Shown here: positions 9,031 through 16,884 of the stretch, piece by piece | Layout of the letters: every line of letters starts with the position of its first letter | Numbering within the stretch: the first letter of the stretch is position 1 | Virus record (IMG/VR): IMGVR_UViG_3300045988_125650 | Location: 1 to 37,451 of that record | DNA length: 37,451 nucleotides | Strand: one strand, 5' to 3' | Source: a virus | The notes under the pieces: generated by a model | Databases searched by the model: none | Seen by the model: only the letters and a program-made list of their open reading frames with translations | Told to the model about the DNA's origin: nothing | Translations under genes and position numbers: made by a program

Positions 9031-10695
9031 ATGGCAAAATACATTCAAAAAACAAGTCCGAACCTTGATATTAGAGCAAGCCGAGGCTGGTGCTTACAAT
9101 ATGCAGACGATGTGGTTAATGCACCAGTTCGTAGAGAATCGGCAGGGCTAGAATACTTAGCTCAAAGGGCAGCAGGAAATATTCACGAAGAAGAACCTCC
9201 TGTCGGTCTTTGGGTTCCAGTCTTCTTCGATATCACAAGCGGAGAATATGATCCCTACGAACACGTAGGTTGGGCGTTTAAGCACGGAGATGGAAGGATC
9301 GAGATTCATGACAGTGAAGTTCATAGCGGAGCGAGAGGAATTTATAACTCGATTGCTGAAATCTGTCAGTGGTTCAGCATATACGGACTTCGATATCTTG
9401 GTTGGAGTGAACGAATTGGCGGTGTTCAGATTGTAGAGAAAAGCGACAATGTTCGTGTAGTAAATTCAGGTGTTGGAGTAAATGTTCGCTATGAACCTAC
9501 AACTCAATCTGGAGTGTTCGCAACTTATCCAGATGGTTCAGATATTGAAATGGCAGGCTGGGTGTTCGGCGAAAATGTCAATGGTGATGATCGTTGGTTT
9601 AAGTCTAAGCGTTCGGGTGTTTATCTTCACTTCTCGGCTTTCGATGAAAAAGAAGGTTCATTGCCAAATCTGGGAGATTTTCGAAAAGTTCCACAACCTG
9701 AAAGTAAAGCAGTAGTTCCAGAAAATAAAGCTCCTGAATTTATTGAGTTCGAAAAAGAGTTCGACTTTGTAGACGAAGTAGTTCCAGCTCATGTTTCTAA
9801 CCAGTTCTATGGGCGAAAAAATCTCAAAGATGACAATGGAAAATACTTTGGTAATATTCCACAAGATTATGAAATTCAGAAAAAGTTTGTTGATGAATTA
9901 CAGCGAGATTCGCAACCAATTCGTGAAATTACAGTTCATAACACAGCAAATGATTCAATCGAGGCGACAACAAATGAATTTAGGCGCAAGGAAAGCTTTA
10001 AGTCTGCTCATCTTGTAGTTTCGAATGATAAAATCGTTCAAGTTGTGCCAAAAGGAAATACGGCTTTTACAAACGGTAATCACGAAAGCAATATTGAAAG
10101 CTTTACAATTGAATTTCTTGACAATGTGACTGATGAACGTTATGCTGAAGTTCTAAAGAAAGTTTCGCAAGCACTTGGTGTTGATAAAATAGGAAAACAC
10201 CGCGATCATTCTTCAACGGCTTGTCCAGCGCAACTTTCGGACGAAAGATTTAGTAAAATTCTGGCAAAAGTTAAGGGCGAAGATGAAGCTAAACCCGAAG
10301 CGCCAAAACAGCCTGAAAACGAGCCAAAAACACCTGAAAACGAAGGTATTATAACTCAAAATGAAGCTAAAAATGATATGCCGCAAAATAATAAAAGCGT
10401 AATTGGCGATATAGTAGTGCGATTAAACGATAAGGATTTTAAAATGTTAGAAGATTTGCAAAAAGAAGCAGTTAAAAATATTGGCGATATGGATTATGAG
10501 CCACGAATTAGCGAGAAGGCTAAAACTACAGTATATTTCATTGCTGACCTTGGGATTTTGACAAATATGTTAATTGCTACAATTTGCGTAATTTTAATTC
10601 CAAACGCAACAAAAGAGATTTTGGCGATCAGCGGTGCGGTTGCTACGGCATTTGCAGGACTAAAACCAATTTTCAAACTTGGTGCAAAGAAATAA
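9031..10695 (+). CDS. Multidomain endolysin: N-terminal Cys/His peptidase-like region, SH3b-like domain, Amidase_2 (N-acetylmuramoyl-L-alanine amidase) domain, and a C-terminal region with two TM helices
   Basis: Amidase_2/PGRP motifs (ITVHNTAN, SAHLVV, HRDH...TACP). P/E/K-rich linker. C-terminus VYFIADLGILTNMLIATICVILI / ILAISGAVATAFAGLKPIF is strongly hydrophobic. RBS GTAAGGAGAAAATAATG. Confidence 0.8.
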   Translation: MAKYIQKTSPNLDIRASRGWCLQYADDVVNAPVRRESAGLEYLAQRAAGNIHEEEPPVGLWVPVFFDITSGEYDPYEHVGWAFKHGDGRIEIHDSEVHSGARGIYNSIAEICQWFSIYGLRYLGWSERIGGVQIVEKSDNVRVVNSGVGVNVRYEPTTQSGVFATYPDGSDIEMAGWVFGENVNGDDRWFKSKRSGVYLHFSAFDEKEGSLPNLGDFRKVPQPESKAVVPENKAPEFIEFEKEFDFVDEVVPAHVSNQFYGRKNLKDDNGKYFGNIPQDYEIQKKFVDELQRDSQPIREITVHNTANDSIEATTNEFRRKESFKSAHLVVSNDKIVQVVPKGNTAFTNGNHESNIESFTIEFLDNVTDERYAEVLKKVSQALGVDKIGKHRDHSSTACPAQLSDERFSKILAKVKGEDEAKPEAPKQPENEPKTPENEGIITQNEAKNDMPQNNKSVIGDIVVRLNDKDFKMLEDLQKEAVKNIGDMDYEPRISEKAKTTVYFIADLGILTNMLIATICVILIPNATKEILAISGAVATAFAGLKPIFKLGAKK

Positions 10696-10706
10696 AACGC
10701 TTAACC

Positions 10707-10735
10707 TTGCAAAAATTCTCATCTTTTGATATAAT
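10707..10735 (+). promoter_or_regulatory. Sigma70-type promoter: TTGCAA, 17-bp spacer, TG-A-TATAAT
   Basis: Near-consensus -35 box and extended -10 box. No protein-coding ORF follows before a terminator about 160 nt downstream. Confidence 0.5.
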
Positions 10736-10741
10736 GATAGC

Positions 10742-10895
10742 AGGTGTGGAAAAAGAGTTTCCTTTCCAAAGTATGTTCTCAAGTTCCACACCACTAGGCA
10801 GATAAAATGACAGGATGTCTATGTGATTGTTATCTGTTCCAGCAGAAATATTTCAAATCGCAGAAGAAGAGCACCCCTAAAAGGTGTTTTTCTTT
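10742..10895 (+). ncRNA. Candidate phage small non-coding RNA (about 150 nt) between the lysis and early regions
   Basis: Own promoter plus an intrinsic terminator. Long-range inverted repeats (CAGGTGTGGAA ... TTCCACACC; GGAAA..TTTCC). No RBS-led ORF longer than 25 codons. Confidence 0.3.
10872..10895 (+). terminator. Intrinsic terminator (CACCCCTAAAAGGTG + T-run), a near copy of the terminator at 21515
   Basis: Hairpin followed by TTTTTCTTTTT. Confidence 0.45.
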
Positions 10896-10929
10896 TTACT
10901 CAAAAATGGTAAAATGTATAAAAAACCTA

Positions 10930-10958
10930 TTGACATTTATTATGTAAAATGTTATAAT
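10930..10958 (+). promoter_or_regulatory. Early promoter copy 1: TTGACA, 17 bp, TG-T-TATAAT, plus conserved leader
   Basis: Consensus -35/-10 boxes. One of four near-identical roughly 80-bp cassettes (10930, 14270, 16479, 21587). Confidence 0.65.
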
Positions 10959-10983
10959 GGAAATATAATAAGGAAAGGAATAT

Positions 10984-11343
10984 ATGAAATTACCAAAAGA
11001 ACTACCTAAAGCAATTTATCTAACAAATAGCGATGATGAAATTCAGTTTTTCGCATTCAATCCAGACTGGGAGAAAGAAGACGGAGAACAAATGTATATG
11101 ACTAACAGTGGAAGTGTAGATAGCTATCAATACTCTTACTATTCTGACGCTGATTTTACCTACATTACTAAGAATGATGAGTATGAATACGAAGAAGATG
11201 TTAAGGATGAAACTTATCCATTTCACGAAAATCACAAAAAGATTGAAGACAGTCTAACTATTAACATTGACAAACTCAGCGACAAAGACTGGGAGAAATT
11301 AGTCGAACAAATCGAAGAAAACTATGAAATAACCGTGCTTTAA
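10984..11343 (+). CDS. Hypothetical acidic protein (119 aa)
   Basis: First gene after early promoter copy 1. RBS AAGGAAAGGAATATATG. Confidence 0.5.
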   Translation: MKLPKELPKAIYLTNSDDEIQFFAFNPDWEKEDGEQMYMTNSGSVDSYQYSYYSDADFTYITKNDEYEYEEDVKDETYPFHENHKKIEDSLTINIDKLSDKDWEKLVEQIEENYEITVL

Positions 11344-11361
11344 TCATTTTAAACGCAACCG

Positions 11362-11466
11362 AAATAAAAGCCCTACAACGGGCTTTTTATGTTGGAATGG
11401 GTATTTTACCATTTTTTAATCTAAACTCGCTCAGAACGCAAGGAAATGGCCTTAGAATTGAAATTC
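11362..11466 (+). repeat. Dispersed composite repeat, copy 3 (includes the bidirectional terminator; the 3' end encodes the C-terminus of the VRR-NUC protein on the other strand)
   Basis: AAAGCCCTACAACGGGC ... TTTACCATTTTTT ... CTCAGAACGCAAGGAAATGGCCTTAGAATTGAA. Confidence 0.6.
11366..11388. terminator. Bidirectional intrinsic terminator (AAAAGCCC-TACAAC-GGGCTTTTT) between convergent genes
   Basis: GC stem flanked by an A-run and a T-run. Lies between the + strand ORF ending at 11343 and the - strand VRR-NUC gene ending at 11452. Confidence 0.6.
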
Positions 11467-11847
11467 TTTGGGACTTGGTATTTCATTATCGACATAACCG
11501 CATTTTTTTATGAAATTCACGGCGTCTAAAAAGCCGAAAGCAACATAAACCTTGAAGCCTTGATTTTCTAAAACTTCCAACCATTCTTTTTGTTTTGCAG
11601 AAGCTTTATTCTTCCCACTCGGCTCTTTTAATTCAATGGCAATATTCACAAACTCACCGGATTTTGTCTGATTTTCATTCAAAAAAACAAAATAATCTGG
11701 AACACCAGCAGACACGCCGATACGCTTATTCATCACCCCACGTCCAACGTTGCCACCAGTTTCATTTGGACAGTGAAAATGCTTAATGTTCCGCCATTTT
11801 AACCAGTTATGAAGATGAGAGGCTTCTATATATTCTTTATGTATCAT
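11452..11847 (-). CDS. VRR-NUC domain nuclease (PD-(D/E)xK fold)
   Basis: 131 aa. Motifs GVPDYFVF ... IELK(E) typical of VRR-NUC. The only minus-strand gene in the window. Confidence 0.65.
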   Translation of the reverse strand: MIHKEYIEASHLHNWLKWRNIKHFHCPNETGGNVGRGVMNKRIGVSAGVPDYFVFLNENQTKSGEFVNIAIELKEPSGKNKASAKQKEWLEVLENQGFKVYVAFGFLDAVNFIKKCGYVDNEIPSPKEFQF

Positions 11848-11884
11848 AGAACAAAAATATCACGAAGAAAATGATAAATCAACA

Positions 11885-11913
11885 TTGACCTACTTAACAA
11901 AAAAAGCTATAAT
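11885..11913 (+). promoter_or_regulatory. Sigma70 promoter (TTGACC, 17 bp, TATAAT) upstream of the replication gene
   Basis: Consensus-like hexamers in the divergent region between the VRR-NUC and replisome organiser genes. Confidence 0.5.
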
Positions 11914-12048
11914 TGTAGTAGGTATATTTCATAATTACACGCACGAATTGACTTATACCTGGATACAAATATTAAATTTTTAAAAAGCAGGTAATGGGTT
12001 GATTTTTAATAATAAAAGTGATATTATTAAAGAGCATGTAATTATGGA

Positions 12049-12084
12049 ATGACCCCTTATCTGTTTCAGAAAGGGGTTTCTTTT
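12049..12084 (+). promoter_or_regulatory. 5' stem-loop (CCCCTT...AAGGGG + TTTCTTTT) that sequesters the RBS of the replication gene
   Basis: 7-bp GC-rich inverted repeat ending 8 nt before the ATG at 12085. The GGGG of the likely Shine-Dalgarno lies inside the stem. Followed by a U-run. Confidence 0.35.
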
Positions 12085-13179
12085 ATGGAACAAAAACAAT
12101 TAAAAATAGACAGCATAAAAAGTCGTAGTTATGATTTTAGAGTTGCTCACCTTTATGGTATTGTAGCAAGCTCTCTATTAAACAATATCGCTTATTTTAG
12201 TGATTATCATAACGGCGAAGAATATTGGCATAATCAAAGTGAAATCGCTTGGATTTTAGGTTGTTCGGAGTATCAAATCCGAAATGCTAAAAATAAACTC
12301 GAAGAAGCAGGAATAATTCAAGCTCGACAATCATATAAACCAAACTCAAATGTAAAAACCACATATTGGAAAATATGCGAAAACGCAGGAGCAATTATTG
12401 ATGAACAATGGGAGCAATTCTTACTTTCAGTAAATGAAAAAACTAAATCCTCTGAACCTAAAAAAACTAAATCCTCTGAACCTTTAGAAACTGCATCTTC
12501 AGAGACTTTAGAAACTTCATCTTCTTTATATAAATCTAATAATATAAATCTAATAAATAAATCTAATAATAAAAATAATTTTAATAGTATAAATACTATT
12601 AAAAGAGCAAAAAGCTCTAAGAACACGTGTATCACAGAAAAAAATTTAAATTCTCAAAACTCTGAAATCTCTCAATCTTCTATTAAACCGAAGAAAACAT
12701 CTAAACAAAATGAAACTCTCAATATCGAAACAAACTCTCAAACGGAAGAAAACCTTAATTCCATTAAACCGAAAGAATTAAACTCTAAAAAACACCGCGA
12801 GCCGAATGAGTGGGGCGGTTATGGCAAACCAGAAATAGACCACTTATTCTATGAATGGGAAAAATCAGTAAAAACACCCTTAACTGGAACTAAACAGCTA
12901 AACCGCAATACTGCACAAAGGCTATTAAAAAAATATTCTGAAGATGACCTTATAGGAGCAATTAAGATAGTTGCCCTTACTAAACAAACCGACGACAGAT
13001 ATATTCCAGTTATTAACAGCTTAATGGACTTGGAGAATAAATTCGGTAGTTTAGTTCATTGGTATCAAAAGAACAAACAAGCATACGAAGAACAACAACG
13101 GATTAAACAAGCAACAGAAGGCGACACCCTTTCAGAAGAAGACCTATTGGCATATATGGAAATGATGAAAGATGAATAA
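12085..13179 (+). CDS. Replisome organiser / replication initiation protein (N-terminal wHTH; low-complexity middle region encoded by the ori iterons)
   Basis: Probable start MEQKQLK at 12085 (the ORF track starts at 12049 inside the hairpin). N-terminal region resembles phage replisome-organiser/DnaD-like initiators. Internal iteron and AT-rich block as in lactococcal and streptococcal phage ori regions. Confidence 0.55.
   Translation: MEQKQLKIDSIKSRSYDFRVAHLYGIVASSLLNNIAYFSDYHNGEEYWHNQSEIAWILGCSEYQIRNAKNKLEEAGIIQARQSYKPNSNVKTTYWKICENAGAIIDEQWEQFLLSVNEKTKSSEPKKTKSSEPLETASSETLETSSSLYKSNNINLINKSNNKNNFNSINTIKRAKSSKNTCITEKNLNSQNSEISQSSIKPKKTSKQNETLNIETNSQTEENLNSIKPKELNSKKHREPNEWGGYGKPEIDHLFYEWEKSVKTPLTGTKQLNRNTAQRLLKKYSEDDLIGAIKIVALTKQTDDRYIPVINSLMDLENKFGSLVHWYQKNKQAYEEQQRIKQATEGDTLSEEDLLAYMEMMKDE
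12438..12800 (+). repeat. Putative origin of replication: direct iterons plus an AT-rich block inside the replication gene
   Basis: AAAAAACTAAATCCTCTGAACCT x2 (24-bp period), TTTAGAAACT(G/T)CATCTTC x2, AAATCTAATAA x3, repeated AAACTCTCA units. About 75% AT around 12530-12600. Confidence 0.5.
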
Positions 13180-13207
13180 AACAATCTCTGACTACTGTAA
13201 ATCAATT

Positions 13208-13326
13208 TTAAAGCCATTTACAAGCCCTACAAGCGACTTTAACACACGAAATGAATACTTTACCATTTTTAACGCTAAAAGCCCGTAGAACGCAAGGAAA
13301 TAGGCTTAAAACGCAAAATAACGCAA
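13208..13326 (+). repeat. Dispersed composite repeat, copy 4 (intergenic, after the replication gene)
   Basis: CATTTACAAGCCCTACAAGCGACTTTAA ... TTTACCATTTTTAACGCTAAAAGCCCGTAGAACGCAAGGAAATAGGCTTAAAACGCAA. Confidence 0.65.
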
Positions 13327-13362
13327 CATCACACATTCAAATAACGATAGATAGGAGCATAA

Positions 13363-13776
13363 ATGGAAAAACGAATTACCACGCAAGATAAAAAAATAGC
13401 ATTCTTTAACAAATTCAGAAACAACTTAAGGGGGGGGAAACTCTTAGCTAAAACATACGAGAAACCTTTATACAATAAGGACGGTTTTGAACTTATTCAA
13501 CTAAATGACAATGGAGCAGTATATCGCTATGGATTAGTTAAAATCTTTGGAGAACAATATCCAATCGCAATTACTGGGGAAGACTACAATTCACTAAAAG
13601 CGAAACTCATATCAAAAGAACCACCTAAATTTATTGAATTAAATGGACGGATTATCGCAAGCAGTGCAATTCAAAGCGTTATGCCAGAAGTTGAAATTGA
13701 TAAAAAAGCAGATTTGAAAGACATTCAAGCTGAATTTCAAGGTTATCAAGAAGTAAAAGATATTAAGGATTTATAA
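13363..13776 (+). CDS. Hypothetical protein (137 aa) containing a G8 homopolymer at 13432-13439
   Basis: RBS ATAGATAGGAGCATAAATG. Confidence 0.5.
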   Translation: MEKRITTQDKKIAFFNKFRNNLRGGKLLAKTYEKPLYNKDGFELIQLNDNGAVYRYGLVKIFGEQYPIAITGEDYNSLKAKLISKEPPKFIELNGRIIASSAIQSVMPEVEIDKKADLKDIQAEFQGYQEVKDIKDL

Positions 13777-13792
13777 GGAAAGGAAACAATAA

Positions 13793-14188
13793 ATGAAAAC
13801 ATTAAAAAAACTCAAAGTCATTGGCTACATAGTCTATACGAAGGACAAAAAGAAAATTGAGCTCTCACCAAAAAACTGGGAAGAATTAGCAGAAGAAATT
13901 CGCAACAATCCAGAACACTTAATGCGAAATAAAATTGAAACCGTGGAAGAAAAGGTGGCTACCGTGGATGACTATTACACCTTAGCTGGGGAACAAATCG
14001 CTAAACCTTTACCAGAGAATTGGCAGTATAAAAAAATACCAGTCTGTCGCTATACTAACGAGGGTGAATATGTAGTAAAAAACTACGAGAAAGAAGTTAT
14101 TGATAAAAAAGGAAGAGCAACAATTATCAGAAAGCCTTATCAATACGTTTTTAACGAAGAAACGCAGAAATTCGAGATAACAGCCTAA
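13793..14188 (+). CDS. Hypothetical protein (131 aa)
   Basis: RBS AAGGAAAGGAAACAATAAATG. Confidence 0.5.
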   Translation: MKTLKKLKVIGYIVYTKDKKKIELSPKNWEELAEEIRNNPEHLMRNKIETVEEKVATVDDYYTLAGEQIAKPLPENWQYKKIPVCRYTNEGEYVVKNYEKEVIDKKGRATIIRKPYQYVFNEETQKFEITA

Positions 14189-14269
14189 ACCATTTTGCCC
14201 ACATAGGCAAATAGGTTTTCCACAGAATTGTGGATAACTCAAAAAGTCTAAAAATGTCTAAAAAATCTA

Positions 14270-14298
14270 TTGACATTTATTAAGTAAATTGCTATAAT
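14270..14298 (+). promoter_or_regulatory. Early promoter copy 2: TTGACA, 17 bp, TGCTATAAT, plus conserved leader
   Basis: Near-identical to the promoters at 10930, 16479 and 21587. Preceded by GTCTAAAAA A-tract repeats. Confidence 0.65.
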
Positions 14299-14339
14299 TA
14301 AACTATAATCAATTAAACACATAAGGAAAGGAAACGATT

Positions 14340-14636
14340 ATGGAAAATATAGAAAACCTACAGAACCAACTTAAAGAAATCCAAGAAAAAGGTTCATTAG
14401 AAATTGGTTTTAGTAGTTCAATCTTCAAAGACCCATATTTTGACAATGTCTTTGTATTCGACCAAATTATGCCAGAAATTGTTGAAGAAGGATTTTTCCA
14501 AAACGAAGAAGATAAAAAAGGTGGTGGAGTTCTTCTTCAAGCAAGAATTTTAGACAAATATTTTGAAGATATTGAAATGTATCAATTTGGACATCTTGCT
14601 GATTATTTCTTCAACTATAAAGGAAATCTAAAATAG
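14340..14636 (+). CDS. Hypothetical protein (98 aa)
   Basis: Conserved leader RBS AAGGAAAGGAAACGATTATG. Confidence 0.5.
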   Translation: MENIENLQNQLKEIQEKGSLEIGFSSSIFKDPYFDNVFVFDQIMPEIVEEGFFQNEEDKKGGGVLLQARILDKYFEDIEMYQFGHLADYFFNYKGNLK

Positions 14637-14637
14637 T

Positions 14638-14898
14638 ATGACAGCTACAGATAACTATTTCGAAGTTTTAAAGAAAATAATCAATATCAATAAAGAGCTG
14701 AAGGTGGAGTTAAAAAATACTCCACGCTCAGAACTCGAAAATATGCTCTTTCAAGATTTAGAAGTAATGAAAACAGCACTTAGTAGGAGTGGAGATATAG
14801 AAGCAATCAAAGCAGATATGCTTTATAAAGAAACTTTAAGAAATATCAATCTGAAAGAATTAGCAGATAAAATAGAAGAATTCGTAAAGGAGAACTAA
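14638..14898 (+). CDS. Hypothetical protein (86 aa)
   Basis: Translationally coupled to the upstream gene (TAGTATG). Confidence 0.45.
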   Translation: MTATDNYFEVLKKIININKELKVELKNTPRSELENMLFQDLEVMKTALSRSGDIEAIKADMLYKETLRNINLKELADKIEEFVKEN

Positions 14899-14899
14899 G

Positions 14900-15157
14900 A
14901 TGAGAACAACTAAAAAAACAAACATCGAAGACAAAATTGAATTTATCGGATTTATCAAAATTTTCATTGGAATAGTCCTTATGACTGGAGAAATTGAGAA
15001 TGTTTCACTTGTGGAATTTATCAAAATTAAAGCAGTTTGTTTGGGAGTATTCATCGCTGGAATTTTATTAGTTCGCATAGCACACATAATCAGAAAGGAA
15101 AAGAATGAGCAAAATAGGGGCTTATATTATCAACGCCGAAGATATGGACGCTATTGA
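14900..15157 (+). CDS. Small membrane protein (2 predicted TM helices)
   Basis: RBS AAGGAGAACTAAGATG. Hydrophobic segments FIGFIKIFIGIVLM and VCLGVFIAGILLV. Confidence 0.45.
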   Translation: MRTTKKTNIEDKIEFIGFIKIFIGIVLMTGEIENVSLVEFIKIKAVCLGVFIAGILLVRIAHIIRKEKNEQNRGLYYQRRRYGRY

Positions 15158-15189
15158 TTACTCGGAAGAAAAGGAGGCATACGAAGAAA

Positions 15190-15477
15190 ATGGCACTGGT
15201 TAGCAAAAGAGAAGCATATCGAAGAATTAGAGCAGTTTTAGCGAAACCGAAGAAATTACGCTCGGTGGATGTAATCTGTGATTTGGAACAATTATTCGCA
15301 TTGCTCGAGACAAAGGACATTACAAATGGAATTCGCAGAATTACGAAGACCGTGAATATTGATAGCGTTCCAGATAGACAACTCTTATGTTTGCTCGCAG
15401 AATATTGTATCGAGAAAAAACTCGACAATGAGCAAGCTATTATGGAATACGCAGAATTTATTAAATTGAGAAAATAA
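15190..15477 (+). CDS. Hypothetical protein (start uncertain; the ORF track begins at TTG 15154)
   Basis: ATG at 15190 is preceded by AAGGAGG about 12 nt upstream. Confidence 0.4.
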   Translation: MALVSKREAYRRIRAVLAKPKKLRSVDVICDLEQLFALLETKDITNGIRRITKTVNIDSVPDRQLLCLLAEYCIEKKLDNEQAIMEYAEFIKLRK

Positions 15478-15488
15478 GGAGAATAACA

Positions 15489-16019
15489 ATGGTAGTAAAA
15501 ACTGAAACAACTAAAAAAACCGTCTTAAAGAAGAAAGTAAAAGGTTATAATTACAAATACACAGACCTTGCTGGAATTCACGAGTATCTCGAAGAAAAAG
15601 GTTATACATATTGGCAAGAAGTGGAAGAACTCAACGGTGAAGAAAGAATTATCACTCATATTCTAAATAAAGATGACAAAGAAATTCGTAGAGCCGTAGG
15701 CTGTAAGATTATTTCGACTGCTCTTCAAGGAAAGCAAAATGCAACGCAAGAATACGGTTCAGGTATCACTTACGCTCGTAGATATTCACTCTTAATGGCA
15801 TTGGGGCTTGCAACTGAAGATGATGATGCAGAAATTATGACCAAAGGAACTACAACGAAATCATCACCACGCATTGATTTTTCAGAAGTTCGCCAACAAA
15901 TTAAAAACGCCCAAAGTATAGAAGAATTGATGAAGATTTATAGCACAATCCCAGAAAGTCTAACTCAATATTTCACAACGGATTTTACTAACGCAAAGAA
16001 TAGAATTAAAGGAGAATAA
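15489..16019 (+). CDS. ERF-family single-strand annealing protein
   Basis: The stretch GYNYKYTDLAGIHEYL ... GSGITYARRYSLLMALGLATEDDDAE matches the conserved core of the phage P22 Erf family (KYKY...SYARKY...GLFGIDD), recalled from memory. Canonical RBS AAGGAGAATAACAATG. Confidence 0.6.
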   Translation: MVVKTETTKKTVLKKKVKGYNYKYTDLAGIHEYLEEKGYTYWQEVEELNGEERIITHILNKDDKEIRRAVGCKIISTALQGKQNATQEYGSGITYARRYSLLMALGLATEDDDAEIMTKGTTTKSSPRIDFSEVRQQIKNAQSIEELMKIYSTIPESLTQYFTTDFTNAKNRIKGE

Positions 16020-16021
16020 CA

Positions 16022-16441
16022 ATGGGAGTAATAACTTTAAACTCGGAAGAAATCATTAAACTTGGAACATCAGCATTAAACGCTATTCACGATGAACAAG
16101 CTGAAAGTGATTTAGCTAAACTCATTGAAATCAAAGATAGCATTGATAACTTTCTTGATACCGTAAAAAAGCAAATCCTTAAAGAAGTTATGGAGAAAAA
16201 TCCAAATGTTACGGCGTATCAAGGAAAACTCTTAAAAATGGAATTCAGAAAATACGGTTCAAAATACGCTATTAAAAAGGGACTTGATACTCTCGCAGTA
16301 GATAACGGTTTTGCAAAAGCTAAAACGACAATATCTTTAGACACAAAAGCTATAGATGATTATGTAGAAAACTCTGGTGTTTTGCCAGAATATATCGAAG
16401 AAAAAAATCGCCCTACAACCTTAACAATCAAGAAGATTTAA
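16022..16441 (+). CDS. Hypothetical protein (139 aa)
   Basis: RBS AAAGGAGAATAACAATG. Coupled to the ERF gene. Confidence 0.5.
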   Translation: MGVITLNSEEIIKLGTSALNAIHDEQAESDLAKLIEIKDSIDNFLDTVKKQILKEVMEKNPNVTAYQGKLLKMEFRKYGSKYAIKKGLDTLAVDNGFAKAKTTISLDTKAIDDYVENSGVLPEYIEEKNRPTTLTIKKI

Positions 16442-16478
16442 AAAATCTAAAAAATGTCTATAAAATGATAAAAATCTA

Positions 16479-16507
16479 TTGACTTTTCTTGTGTAAAATA
16501 TTATAAT
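16479..16507 (+). promoter_or_regulatory. Early promoter copy 3: TTGACT, 17 bp, TATAAT, plus conserved leader
   Basis: Near-identical cassette. Upstream ATCTAAAAAATGTCTATAAAA A-tract repeats. Confidence 0.6.
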
Positions 16508-16548
16508 GTAAATATAATCAATTAAACATACAAGGAAAGGAAAATAGT

Positions 16549-16884
16549 ATGGATTATGAAGCAATAATTAGAAGCACTTGGACATACGAGGAATACACGG
16601 ACGAAACTTTAAGTTTCAACCCACAGTATGCGTATATCTTCTTCAGCCACGACAACGGCTACAGTATTGAAGCTATGGACTTTGAAAAACTTCACAAAAG
16701 AGCTGAAGAAATCGGAGAAGAACGAATTATCGCAGTTGATAAGAATATGAGCAAGCTTTGCAAATTCGCATATAAATATCTTCAAGAACTTGTGGATGAT
16801 GAGGGAGTTGATATTGATGAAGCTTATCTTCAACTACCGAGCGGTGTATGGATGGAATTCAAAAATGAGAGTAGTAGGAAATAA
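16549..16884 (+). CDS. Hypothetical acidic protein (111 aa)
   Basis: Conserved leader RBS AAGGAAAGGAAAATAGTATG. Confidence 0.5.
   Translation: MDYEAIIRSTWTYEEYTDETLSFNPQYAYIFFSHDNGYSIEAMDFEKLHKRAEEIGEERIIAVDKNMSKLCKFAYKYLQELVDDEGVDIDEAYLQLPSGVWMEFKNESSRK

Noticed and set aside
10584-10805. 73-aa + strand ORF overlapping the lysin 3' end and the candidate sRNA
   Set aside because: Different frame within the lysin gene, no RBS, and it crosses a promoter. Spurious.
12438-12620. Regularly spaced direct repeats, considered as a possible CRISPR array
   Set aside because: The repeats are short iterons of different sequences with no repeat-spacer periodicity, and they are translated within the replication gene. 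Origin-like, not CRISPR.
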